This document shows positions 29,867 to 39,155 of a stretch of DNA of 64,000 bases, in pieces; position 1 is the stretch's first letter, and each line of letters starts with the position of its first letter. The position numbers were made by a program, and so were the translations under genes. Source of the stretch: an uncultured delta proteobacterium (GTDB lineage Bacteria; Desulfobacterota; Binatia; UBA9968); contig CAVSHR010000005.1 in the NCBI GenBank assembly GCA_963727625.1, forward strand, positions 544,001 through 608,000, written 5' to 3'. A model generated the notes under the pieces. That model saw nothing but the letters and a program-made list of their open reading frames with translations. It did not search any database and had not been told where the DNA came from.

Positions 29867-30559
29867 ATGGCCGCCTATCAGACCATCAAGGATTGGCCCG
29901 AGGAAGACCGTCCGAGAGAAAAACTCCTCGCCAGAGGCTCGCAAACCTTAACCGAGACGGAGCTTTTGGCGATTATCCTACGAAACGGCAACGCCAGCAC
30001 CGGCGAAAGTGCCCTCGACCACGCCCGTCTGCTGTTAAATCAATTCGGCGGCCTCAAAGGCATCGACGACGCGTCGGTCGCCGAGATTGGCAAGGTCAAA
30101 GGCATCGGCCCCGCCAAGATCGCGCAGATCAAAGCCTGCTTGGAAATCGCCAAGCGGGTGGGCGCGCAAAAATGGGAAACCGGGCAACCGCTCCGTTCCG
30201 CCGAGGATGTCTATCATCATTTCCGCGAGAATCTCGGCAGAGAGAAACGCGAGCTCTTCTATGTCGTCCTGCTCAACAACAAAAATCGCAAAATCCGCGA
30301 GGTCAAAATCTCCGAAGGGTCGCTCACTGCATCCCTCGTCCACCCACGCGAAGTTTATAATCCGGTGATCCGCGAATCCGCCGCCGGGGTGATTTTTGTG
30401 CACAATCACCCGAGCGGCGACCCGGCCCCGAGCCCCGAAGATATCGACATCACCCGCCGGCTAAAAGAAGTCGGCGAAGTCATGGGCGTGCGCGTGCTCG
30501 ATCATGTGGTCATCGGCCACGACCGATTCTTTAGTTTCAGCGACAAGGGAATGCTCTAG
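29867..30559 (+). CDS. radC: RadC-family JAB/MPN protein
   Basis: DRPREKL, HhH GIGPAK, VHPREV, HNHPSGDPAPS.ED, LDHVVIG. Confidence 0.95.
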   Translation: MAAYQTIKDWPEEDRPREKLLARGSQTLTETELLAIILRNGNASTGESALDHARLLLNQFGGLKGIDDASVAEIGKVKGIGPAKIAQIKACLEIAKRVGAQKWETGQPLRSAEDVYHHFRENLGREKRELFYVVLLNNKNRKIREVKISEGSLTASLVHPREVYNPVIRESAAGVIFVHNHPSGDPAPSPEDIDITRRLKEVGEVMGVRVLDHVVIGHDRFFSFSDKGML

Positions 30560-30646
30560 TTCGCCCAAGAAGCTCTCACGGTTTGCGTTTATCCGCGCCA
30601 AATGACTTACGCGTAAGTGAAAATCCAAAGCTCCGGTCGAGTTTTG

Positions 30647-30675
30647 TTGACTTCGCCGGCCCCCCCGTTTATTCT
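30647..30675 (+). promoter_or_regulatory. Sigma-70-type promoter for the M23 gene
   Basis: TTGACT-17 bp-TATTCT; 14-bp palindrome at 30605-30618 upstream. Confidence 0.55.
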
Positions 30676-30720
30676 CGAGAAAGATTCATTCCGTCACCAC
30701 ACCCTCCATATTAAATAATT

Positions 30721-32151
30721 ATGAGCGCTCTAGAAATTGGCAGACCAAAAAGGCGGCTTCTCCCCGGCCGCGGTTTTTTCTTAGTGTTGCTGGTCATTTT
30801 GCTCGTCGGCGGCGGCTATCTCGTCCTGCCGCGCTTCGAGTGGTACAAACCGCAAATAAAAATTACCCCCGATACGGATGTCATCGGTCTCGGCGCCCTC
30901 GAGATCGAAGCGAGCGATCGCGGTAGCGGTTTAAAATCTTTCAACGTGAGTTTAAAATCCGGCGGCTCCGATATTCCGCTCCTTGCCGAACAGTACGACC
31001 AGTCGGTCATGCAGAAAAAGTTTACTCTGGCGCTCACGTCGAAACTCACGGGTTTGAAAGAAGGTCCGGCCGTGCTCAGGATCAGCGCCCGCGACCGTTC
31101 GCTCTGGAGCTTCTTTCGCGGCAACGAGGGCGTACTGCAAAAAAACGTCACCATCGATATTACGCCGCCGACCATCGAGCTCATCGCCGATGATCGTTAC
31201 GTGAACTTCGGCGGTGTCGGGATGATCGTTTACAAACCATCGGCCGATACCGTCACCACCGGCGTCAAGATCGGCGGCTATTTTTTTCCCGGTTACAAGG
31301 ATCAAATCAAGGAGCATCCGGATTACTACATCGCCTTCTTCGCTCACCCTTACAATGTCGGGCCAGAGGAAAAGGCGATGCTCGTCGCCGCCGACAAAGC
31401 CGGCAACTCAAGAGAGATGCGGCTTGTCTACGAGCTCAAAAATGTCCGCTACAAAAAGAGTACAATCCCGATTTCCGATGCGTTTATCGAGTCCAAGGTC
31501 GCGCCGCTGTTGAGCGACGTGGGCGCGCGTAAAGGCAGCCCAAAAGATGTGTTTATCAAGGTCAATCGCGACCTCAGAAAAGAAAACGAAGAAAAAATCA
31601 AATCGATAACGCTCAAGTCAACGCCAAAGATACTTTGGAACGGCGCGTTTCGTCAGCTGAGCAATTCCAAAGTCGAGGCCAATTTTGCCGATGCGCGAAC
31701 CTATACGTATAAAGACGAAGTCATCGATCATGCTCATCATCTCGGTTACGATCTGTCGGTTACCAAACATTACCCGGCCGAGGCAGCCAATAGCGGCGTG
31801 GTGGCCTTTGTCGGCGACCTCGGCATTTACGGCAACACGGTGATCATCGATCACGGTTTGGGGCTGTTTACCCTGTACTCGCATTTGAGTTCTATCGACG
31901 TGAAAGTCGGCGACCAGATCAACCGGGGAAAAGCCCTAGGCAAAACAGGTGATACCGGGCTTGCCGTTGGGGATCATCTGCATTTCGGCGTCTATCTTCA
32001 TGGCCTGGCTGTTCTACCGGTGGAGTGGTGGGACCAGAAATGGATCAACGACAACATCTTGCCTAAATTGGCGGGAACCAGCAGCGAGGCCGCTGCTGAA
32101 GCCAGAGTTTCAAAGTCCGCTGCAAAACCCGCCCGCAAGCGGCGCCGATAA
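30721..32151 (+). CDS. M23-family metallopeptidase (peptidoglycan endopeptidase-like), membrane-anchored
   Basis: N-terminal TM, HLGYD (HxxxD), YSHL, DHLHF. Confidence 0.9.
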   Translation: MSALEIGRPKRRLLPGRGFFLVLLVILLVGGGYLVLPRFEWYKPQIKITPDTDVIGLGALEIEASDRGSGLKSFNVSLKSGGSDIPLLAEQYDQSVMQKKFTLALTSKLTGLKEGPAVLRISARDRSLWSFFRGNEGVLQKNVTIDITPPTIELIADDRYVNFGGVGMIVYKPSADTVTTGVKIGGYFFPGYKDQIKEHPDYYIAFFAHPYNVGPEEKAMLVAADKAGNSREMRLVYELKNVRYKKSTIPISDAFIESKVAPLLSDVGARKGSPKDVFIKVNRDLRKENEEKIKSITLKSTPKILWNGAFRQLSNSKVEANFADARTYTYKDEVIDHAHHLGYDLSVTKHYPAEAANSGVVAFVGDLGIYGNTVIIDHGLGLFTLYSHLSSIDVKVGDQINRGKALGKTGDTGLAVGDHLHFGVYLHGLAVLPVEWWDQKWINDNILPKLAGTSSEAAAEARVSKSAAKPARKRRR

Positions 32152-32241
32152 AAATCCCTCGATGGCTTTAGCCCGCCTCGCTTGGATAGATCTCCAACAA
32201 ACGTGCAGGAAAAGCGGTGACTTGATCCGAGCAGGTCATGC

Positions 32242-33450
32242 TTATGTAGCCGCCCGGTTAGGCGAACGCACGAGAAAAAGGCAGATAACCGTGGCGAGCA
32301 GCGGAAATAGCGCGATCGACTTTAGTGCGATGGGCAGACCGTAGCGATCCGCGACCAAGCCGGCGATAACGGGAGCGAGAAACGATACACCCATGTTCGC
32401 GCCGTAAATAAACGCGACTATGCTGCCGGAAAGATGTTGCGGCGCGGCGGACATCGCGGCGGAAACAATCACGGGTCGAAGCGCCCAAAGCAGAGCGCCA
32501 AGAGCCCCCATCCCTAGACCCAAATTGACACCTGCTTGGGCGTAAGGAATCATCACGATTACGACTACGCTCAGCATGGAAAATACCACGATCAAGGGCT
32601 TATGGCCGAAGCGATCGGATATCCAGCCGACAATCGCCGGCGACATGCCGGCAAAAAGAAACAGTACCGACATGTAAGCGCCGGTCGCAGCCGCGGAAAG
32701 ATTCAACTGAAGCGATAGATAGAGCGGCAGGAACGCTGCCAGAGCAGTTTGACCCATGGCCCGGAGTGTCGAGACCGCAACGAGACCACAAATCGTTCGA
32801 TTTTTGACCACGTCATCCCAGACGGCGCGCCGATAATCACGCGGCCGAGGTACCGCAACCTTCCCTTCAGCGCCGAGAACCGCATAAAGGAGTCCGATCA
32901 CCAGACCGGGAATTGCCCAGATTTGCAGGGTCGTGCGCCAGTCGAAATAAACGAGGAGAAGACCGATTGCGAGCGGCCCGACGACCTCGCCAAGATTGGC
33001 ACTGCTGTCATGAACGCCTAAAGCGAAGGCCTTTTGCTCGCGGTATTTCGCCGAAAGAATCGCCAGCGACTGCGGATGAAACCACCCACTACCGAATCCA
33101 GCCACCCCCATGAAAATCAACAACACCGGAAACGTCGTCGCGGCGCTTAGTCCAAGTGAGGCGACACCGATCAAACCGATGCATACCCCGAGCAAAAGGT
33201 TGCGCCGGCTCGCCAGATCGGCGAAAAACCCCGACGGGAAGCTCGCCACACCCGCCATCAACGTCCGCGCCGAGGCCAACGAGCCGGCCTGCGCGAGAGA
33301 TAATCCGAGGGAGGTCGTGATGAGCGGCAGAATAACGGCGATCACACCGTTAAAGAGATGCTCGCTCATATGCGCCGTGCAGTTAGCCGCTAACCGACCC
33401 CAGTTCACAAGCGGAACAGCTACAGTTTGAATGTTTTCAAGTTTTGCCAC
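32242..33450 (-). CDS. MFS transporter
   Basis: About 12 hydrophobic segments, GFFADLASRR and GWISDRFGHK motif A, FHP motif. Confidence 0.88.
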   Translation of the reverse strand: MAKLENIQTVAVPLVNWGRLAANCTAHMSEHLFNGVIAVILPLITTSLGLSLAQAGSLASARTLMAGVASFPSGFFADLASRRNLLLGVCIGLIGVASLGLSAATTFPVLLIFMGVAGFGSGWFHPQSLAILSAKYREQKAFALGVHDSSANLGEVVGPLAIGLLLVYFDWRTTLQIWAIPGLVIGLLYAVLGAEGKVAVPRPRDYRRAVWDDVVKNRTICGLVAVSTLRAMGQTALAAFLPLYLSLQLNLSAAATGAYMSVLFLFAGMSPAIVGWISDRFGHKPLIVVFSMLSVVVIVMIPYAQAGVNLGLGMGALGALLWALRPVIVSAAMSAAPQHLSGSIVAFIYGANMGVSFLAPVIAGLVADRYGLPIALKSIALFPLLATVICLFLVRSPNRAAT

Positions 33451-33606
33451 GTCGCTAGCGTTCCTAGAATTAGCCTTGTTCCATATGCGGGTTTTTAGCA
33501 GTTCGCTAGTAATGGCTCTTCCGTAGAGAGGGTCATGAGCGACTTGACGAAACAGTTAACTCCCACGTTTCTTGCTCAAAGACGACATAAACTCCAGCTC
33601 ATGTGT

Positions 33607-33849
33607 CTAGCCGATAGTAATGATTTTGTTCCGAGAGGTTTGCCCGCGGCGGATTTCGATCTGCGCTTTGGTCACGCCGAAATGGCGCGCAAGCAGATCG
33701 ATGACCGATTGATTAGCTTTGCCGGCGCGCGCGGGTTCGCGCACCGCGACGCGATAATCACGCTCGCCTAGTTGAGTAACACCAGGTGACTTTGAGTTGG
33801 GCTTGACGGTTACGGCAATGGTCCGTGCCATGACCTTTTTTACAGTCAT
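33607..33849 (-). CDS. DUF167/YggU-family protein
   Basis: VTVKPNSK, PARAGKAN, GQTSRNK; start may be 33831. Confidence 0.85.
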   Translation of the reverse strand: MTVKKVMARTIAVTVKPNSKSPGVTQLGERDYRVAVREPARAGKANQSVIDLLARHFGVTKAQIEIRRGQTSRNKIITIG

Positions 33850-33897
33850 GGCACGGCGCCGTTCAATAGCCGCTACAGAATCTACCTGTCGGAGAGC

Positions 33898-34377
33898 TTA
33901 GCGGACTTGTTTTTGCACCAGTTCTAAAAGCTGCTGGTAGGACTTCAGAAGATCGGTCGACGTGACGATACCGCATACCGTTTCGTCTTCTTCGACAACG
34001 GGCAAGCAGTTAATGCGCTTGGAGACGAGCTTCGAAACTGCGTCGATGATTGGCGTGCGGCGTTTTACCGTGATCGGATTGCGGGACATGAACTGATCGA
34101 GCGATTTCGCACGCGCATTGGGATTTCGCGCCAGGGTCCGATAGATGTCTCGGTCGGAAATCACTCCGACGACTTTCCGAGAACCGTCAACTACGACGCA
34201 ATGGCGGAAATGGCGGTCGTTCATCAAATTGGCGGCGTCGTCAAAGCTATGATGCGGGCTTAGCGTGACTACCTTTCCGGTCATCACATCGGCCACTTCG
34301 GTGGGACCGATGACTAAAGAAATCTCATGCAACATCCCATCTTCCTGAGATGACTTTTGGCTTAGATTTTCAAACAT
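33898..34377 (-). CDS. Tandem CBS-domain protein
   Basis: VADVMT, VVGVISDRD, FMSRNPITV, CLPVV...GIVTSTDLL. Confidence 0.9.
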   Translation of the reverse strand: MFENLSQKSSQEDGMLHEISLVIGPTEVADVMTGKVVTLSPHHSFDDAANLMNDRHFRHCVVVDGSRKVVGVISDRDIYRTLARNPNARAKSLDQFMSRNPITVKRRTPIIDAVSKLVSKRINCLPVVEEDETVCGIVTSTDLLKSYQQLLELVQKQVR

Positions 34378-34434
34378 TTGTTACTCCGCAAAGAGGTTGC
34401 AGTGTCGAACCCGGTTGATTATCCGAGATAGGAA

Positions 34435-34450
34435 AGCAATTATCACACCA
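34435..34450 (-). promoter_or_regulatory. Sigma-54 (-24/-12) promoter for the CBS gene
   Basis: Minus strand TGGTGTGATAATTGCT (GG-N10-GC), about 60 bp upstream of the ATG. Confidence 0.65.
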
Positions 34451-34787
34451 GCTAGCTACCCAGGATTTTGCGATGAAGTTCGTTCTCTGTGCATGGGGAA
34501 AACTACGCATAAATATCCAATCCTTCCATTGACCACCCTAAAGCCCCGCACATCACTGACATTGCCGAAGCGAAGTTTGTGCGATGTGCAATCTCAATTG
34601 TCAAAATTAGCGGTTGTCTCTCGTCAGCAAACCGCAACGGTTCCAGGTTCTTGTTCCGTTTTCAGAATCGTCCCCGGATCGGCAACGCGGGAAAAGTTTG
34701 AATCGGCGTATCAAAAACTGCGGCGTTTATGTACCTAGGACGAAGCCTGTGGTAAAAACTTGTGAAAGTTGAATGGGAGCACCATTG

Positions 34788-35849
34788 ATGACGTTAATTC
34801 TCAGCAATGACGACGTGCAAAAAGCTCTCGGCGTAAAAGAGTGCCTCGAAGTTATGGAGGAATCCTATCGCGAGCAGGCTGAAAGCCGCGCGGTCAACCG
34901 GCCTACTTGCCATTCCTATCTGCCTCACTCGCTGCCGAACTCGACTTACAGCTTCAAATCGGTCGACGGCGGTATCGGCAAGTACGGGGTTTTAGCCTTG
35001 CGCGTAACCTCCGACGTGGTTCAGGAGCAGCAAGTCCACGGCACCACCCGTCTGGAAAAGCTGCCGCTCGCTGGCAAAGGGATGTTTGTCGGTTTGGTAC
35101 AACTCTTCAGCGCGGAAACCGGAGAACTTTTGGCGATCATGCCGGACGGGCTCATCCAGCAGACTCGCGTCGGAGTGACCAGCGCGCTTGGCATGAAAAT
35201 CATGGCGCGAAGGAACTCCAAAACCATGGGGCTCATCGGCTCGGGCGGACAGGCGAAAGCTCATTATCGTTTCATGACCGCTGTAATGCCGATAAAAAAA
35301 GTGAAAGTCTATAGCCCAAATCCCGAGCACCGAAAAACCTTTGTCGAGGAGATGGAAAAAGAAACCGGGGTTCCCGGCGAGCCTGTCGACAGCGCCGCAG
35401 CGGCTGCCAGAGGCTCTGATGTGATCTGCAGCGCAACCAATTCCTCGCAGCCGGTTGTTAAGATCGATTGGCTCGAGCCCGGCATGCACTACAATTCAAT
35501 CCGGGAATTTGAAACGGACCTCGCCGTATTGAACAAATGCGACGTGATCGCCATCCACACCAACTTCGGCGGAATCCAACACTATCAACCCCCGGGAATC
35601 GTCGATGACATGCCCGGCGTGCGCCGCGAAAAACCGCGCGATTGGTCAAAATATCCCGAGATCTGCGAACTCATTGCGGGCAAAGTACCGGGCCGGACCA
35701 GCGACCAGCAAATCACTTTCTTTCTCAACAACGTCGGCACCGGCGTTCAGTTCGCCGCCATGGGTTATTGCGCCTACAAAACTGCCAAAGCAAAGGGCCT
35801 GGGCCGGGAAATCCCTAGTGAATGGTTCATGCAGGATATCAAGCCGTGA
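34788..35849 (+). CDS. Ornithine cyclodeaminase/mu-crystallin-family protein
   Basis: ETGELLAIM, RVGVTSALG, GSGGQA, SATNS, GRTSDQQIT. Confidence 0.88.
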   Translation: MTLILSNDDVQKALGVKECLEVMEESYREQAESRAVNRPTCHSYLPHSLPNSTYSFKSVDGGIGKYGVLALRVTSDVVQEQQVHGTTRLEKLPLAGKGMFVGLVQLFSAETGELLAIMPDGLIQQTRVGVTSALGMKIMARRNSKTMGLIGSGGQAKAHYRFMTAVMPIKKVKVYSPNPEHRKTFVEEMEKETGVPGEPVDSAAAAARGSDVICSATNSSQPVVKIDWLEPGMHYNSIREFETDLAVLNKCDVIAIHTNFGGIQHYQPPGIVDDMPGVRREKPRDWSKYPEICELIAGKVPGRTSDQQITFFLNNVGTGVQFAAMGYCAYKTAKAKGLGREIPSEWFMQDIKP

Positions 35850-35913
35850 CTAGCTTGATTTTCAATATTTCGCTGCACGGGAATCCGCATGACTCAGGGT
35901 TCATCGGAACCGA

Positions 35914-37029
35914 TCACCAGGTCTCCGCCCTTCCACCTTGCACCCACCAGTTAAGGCGCGGTTCGATCTTGAGCTCGAACCCCCTATTATGCTGCTTGGC
36001 AAGCTCATAGCACTTTTTTGCCAGCGCGATATCGACGATCCCTTGCCCGCCTTGATTCTTATAGAGAATGATTTGCTTGTCGTCGGTCCGGCCCTTGACT
36101 CGGCCGGCGAGCACGTCGGCGATCTCGACGACTTTGTCCCAGGTGATGACTCCGTCCTGCGCCGGCCAATAAAGATCGCCTTGCTGGGAATCGATCGCCT
36201 GCAGTTTTGACAAGGCAACAATGAAATCGCAGCGCCGAAGAGTGCCATCGTCGATCTCGCGGCGCGGTGCGGCGAGATTGCCGCTTTTGACCAATTCAAT
36301 ATTGCTGCCGATGACTGAAATAATGTACTGCCCTTCTTCGAGCCAAGCCCCGTCGATCACCGGCACGTTGGTGTTGGTCATGCAGAGAATGATGTCAACG
36401 TCCTTCGCGGCCAATTCCGGCGCGTCCACAGGTTTGACGGCTACGCCGGTCTTCGCGCTGATTTTTTTTGCAAAGCCTTCACGGTGCGCCGGCGTCGGGC
36501 TAAAAACCTTGGCGCTTTCGATCTTGCGCATTTCGCAAAGCCCGGCGAAAGTCGCCCAAGCTTGCTGGCCCGAACCGTAGATCCCGACGCGGCATGCGTC
36601 CTTACGGGCGAATAGGTCCAGACCCGCCAGGCTCGTTGCCGGCGTGCGCAAGTCCGCTACCCCGGTAAAATCACGCGGCCGGTGCGCCATGATCCCGAGT
36701 AAAGAACCGCCGTCGGTATCATAAATGAGCGCGAGCTCGGTCTGGTCGGGATTGAACGGCGGCCGCTTTTGCGTCGAGCCGGCGATCGCCTTTCGGTGTA
36801 GCGCAACCTGCGCGCCGATGGCGCCATAGCTCGCCGATCCGCCGGCGTAAATATTGAGCACCGTATCGAAGCTGCCCTCGCCGATATCGCGGTGCAGGTT
36901 CAGCCGCTTGCGCGGCGCGTTGACGCCCTTGGGCGAAACCAGATCACGCAGCGCGTTCTCGGTAATTTGCACCGCGTCTTTAAACGGGATCAACTGATCG
37001 ACCTCGTCGGAATGAAAAAACAGTGCCAC
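35914..37029 (-). CDS. Ornithine cyclodeaminase/mu-crystallin-family protein
   Basis: LRTPATS, GSGQQA, RREID, GRTDDKQIILYK. Confidence 0.85.
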   Translation of the reverse strand: MALFFHSDEVDQLIPFKDAVQITENALRDLVSPKGVNAPRKRLNLHRDIGEGSFDTVLNIYAGGSASYGAIGAQVALHRKAIAGSTQKRPPFNPDQTELALIYDTDGGSLLGIMAHRPRDFTGVADLRTPATSLAGLDLFARKDACRVGIYGSGQQAWATFAGLCEMRKIESAKVFSPTPAHREGFAKKISAKTGVAVKPVDAPELAAKDVDIILCMTNTNVPVIDGAWLEEGQYIISVIGSNIELVKSGNLAAPRREIDDGTLRRCDFIVALSKLQAIDSQQGDLYWPAQDGVITWDKVVEIADVLAGRVKGRTDDKQIILYKNQGGQGIVDIALAKKCYELAKQHNRGFELKIEPRLNWWVQGGRAETW

Positions 37030-37055
37030 GATATTCTCCCATCAATCGACCAGCT

Positions 37056-38054
37056 TTATAGCTTGCCGAAATCCGTATCCCAAAGTTTTTGAATCTTCGC
37101 CATCTGTTCATCGTAAAGCCCGGGTGCGCCGGAGCAGGCAACCGCGTCATCGACATGCGTAGGATTGGAAAATCCGACCAACACGGTGGAGACTTTGTCG
37201 TTCATCAGCCCGAAACGGATTGCCGCCTGGGTGAGATCTTTGCCCTCGACCCCGAGCGCGGTTTTGACCACTGCCGCGCGCCTTAGATCGGTCGGGTAAT
37301 CCGACCCCGGCGACAGCGTCTGGCCGCTGCCGCCACCCCCCGCGCTGGGGTCCGACGTGAGCGCCCCGGCCGCTAGAATGCGAATGATGAAAGCGCCCAT
37401 GCCCTTGGCCGCGGCGCGATCGAGGATGCGGCCGTAATCCAACGCGCTGAATCTTTGCGGTACCATGTGTCCCGCGCTCGGATTGAGCAAATTGTAATAA
37501 CACTGAAAACCGTGGAACTCGCCGCTGTCAACCAGCTCATGGAGCGCCTTCGGATCACCCAAACCGCTGAACCCGAAGAAGTCGGCTTTGCCGCGGTCGC
37601 GCATGGTCTTGAGCCCTTCGATTACGCCGTTCGGACCCAGGACATCTTTGGGCGTCAGGCTAAAGCGCTTGTCGGCTCCGCGCTCCAGAGTCACGCGCGT
37701 GTGCAGCTGGACAAAATCGACCCGGTCACGGCCGAGCCGCGCCAGGCCCGCTTCCACCGCCCGAATGGTGGCCGCTTTGATATTGCCGACGGCATCGGAT
37801 TCGAGACGAATCTTGGTCGAAATTACCGGGTTAGCGCCCAGCTCTTTCAGAATCCGCCCGAGATTTTGTTCGGACTTGCCGAGACCGTAGGCGAAGGCGG
37901 TGTCGAAAAAATTGATTCCTGAATCCAGCGCCCGACGCACCGTCCTCACTTGATCCTCGTAAGGCGCCTTGACCATCAGCACAGCGTTGTTGCCGCAACC
38001 AAATCCGATCTCGGAAACCTGCAAGCCCGTCTTGCCGATCGTGCGATATTGCAT
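37056..38054 (-). CDS. Aldo/keto reductase
   Basis: YRTIGKTGLQVSEIGFG, FFDTAFAYG, STK, QLH; ATG at 38054 after GGAGG. Confidence 0.9.
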   Translation of the reverse strand: MQYRTIGKTGLQVSEIGFGCGNNAVLMVKAPYEDQVRTVRRALDSGINFFDTAFAYGLGKSEQNLGRILKELGANPVISTKIRLESDAVGNIKAATIRAVEAGLARLGRDRVDFVQLHTRVTLERGADKRFSLTPKDVLGPNGVIEGLKTMRDRGKADFFGFSGLGDPKALHELVDSGEFHGFQCYYNLLNPSAGHMVPQRFSALDYGRILDRAAAKGMGAFIIRILAAGALTSDPSAGGGGSGQTLSPGSDYPTDLRRAAVVKTALGVEGKDLTQAAIRFGLMNDKVSTVLVGFSNPTHVDDAVACSGAPGLYDEQMAKIQKLWDTDFGKL

Positions 38055-38079
38055 GATACCCTCCCGAAACTCAGCGTTT

Positions 38080-38772
38080 CTAAAGATGCGCCAGCAGATC
38101 CAATATTGCTTGGGTATCGCAGAGATCCGCCAAGCACGCATCGGCTTGCCAATACTCCAACTCTTCTAACGGATAACGGCCGGTGCCGACAAGCACGCAT
38201 TTCATGCGGTTAGCACGCGCCGCTTCCAAATCCTTGGGTGTATCGCCGATGACGATGCACTGCTCCGCGTGAAGCTTTCGACCCGACCACTCCTCCCACC
38301 GGTGCTTGGCTAGCGCCGGCAAATCGGGACGATGCGCTGAATCGCTGGCGTAGGCGCCGCGCTGAAGATAAGCCGCCAGCCCGGCCGCTTCTAACTTGAA
38401 CTGCGCGGTGACTTCGAAATTTCCCGTCACCACGCTGGGAATAAAATCGGCTCCGGCCGACAGTGCCTGGACCAGTTCCGCGGCGCCCGGCAGCGGCCTG
38501 ATCGTCGTCGTGCCTTGGCGCAGGTGGTAACGGTAGCGCTCGTGCAAATTGAGCGTAAATTGTTGCCATTCAGCGTTTTGAAACTCGATTTTAAAGCGGG
38601 CCTTGGCGAAAATATCTCTGACGATCAGCGGATCGGTGTTGCCGTCCGGCACCACCGTGCGAATATCGCCGTCGACCCCGAAGGTGTTGGAGACCGCCTC
38701 GTTGAATGGCAGATAACCGTTTTGTGTGCGTGTCAACGTGCCGTCGATGTCGAACAGGATCAGTCGTTCCAT
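38080..38772 (-). CDS. HAD-family phosphatase
   Basis: FDIDGT motif I, VTGN motif II, IGDTPKD motif IV. Confidence 0.88.
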   Translation of the reverse strand: MERLILFDIDGTLTRTQNGYLPFNEAVSNTFGVDGDIRTVVPDGNTDPLIVRDIFAKARFKIEFQNAEWQQFTLNLHERYRYHLRQGTTTIRPLPGAAELVQALSAGADFIPSVVTGNFEVTAQFKLEAAGLAAYLQRGAYASDSAHRPDLPALAKHRWEEWSGRKLHAEQCIVIGDTPKDLEAARANRMKCVLVGTGRYPLEELEYWQADACLADLCDTQAILDLLAHL

Positions 38773-38848
38773 GAGCAAGCGAATACTGGCACAATTGGAA
38801 TCGGCTAAGCAAATTCCAAGAGACCGGCCCGGATCCCCCGGTCCAACG

Positions 38849-38877
38849 TTGACATTTCGGAGCTTTCTAGATAGACA
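38849..38877 (+). promoter_or_regulatory. Candidate sigma-70 promoter of the riboswitch leader
   Basis: TTGACA-17 bp-TAGACA just upstream of the aptamer; -10 is imperfect. Confidence 0.45.
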
Positions 38878-38887
38878 AATTGCGTAA

Positions 38888-38961
38888 GTTTTGCGCGACT
38901 GGCGAACGTGGAATTGACCACGAGGAAGTGCAAAGCATTAAGACGGCCAAACGCCTGGGTC
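38888..38961 (+). ncRNA. ZMP/ZTP-sensing (pfl) riboswitch aptamer
   Basis: P1 TTTGCGC/GTGCAAA, conserved GACTGGCG, P2 CGTGG/CCACG, GGAAG, P3 GCCA-AACGCC-TGGG, pseudoknot GGCG(38901-38904)/CGCC(38952-38955). Confidence 0.88.
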
Positions 38962-38989
38962 TCTTAGACAGAGAGGTCCAGGTTTTTTT
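38954..38989 (+). terminator. Riboswitch expression-platform terminator
   Basis: CCTGGGTCTCT/AGAGGTCCAGG stem + T7; overlaps P3 and the pseudoknot. Confidence 0.85.
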
Positions 38990-39155
38990 ATGCCGAAGCA
39001 ATCCTACTCGCCTAACTTCATTTCTCGATTTTGTATTTCCATGCCGTCCGGTCGAAAAAGCAGTCTCCAGCCGACGCGGCTCACGCGGCTGACGATTTGC
39101 GTTGCTTGTTTGGACTCGTGGATTTAATATCGCAAAACCAACAGAAAGACCAAAA

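Noticed and set aside
29867-30559. radC as a mobile-element marker
   Set aside because: Full-length HhH-containing chromosomal type among housekeeping genes.
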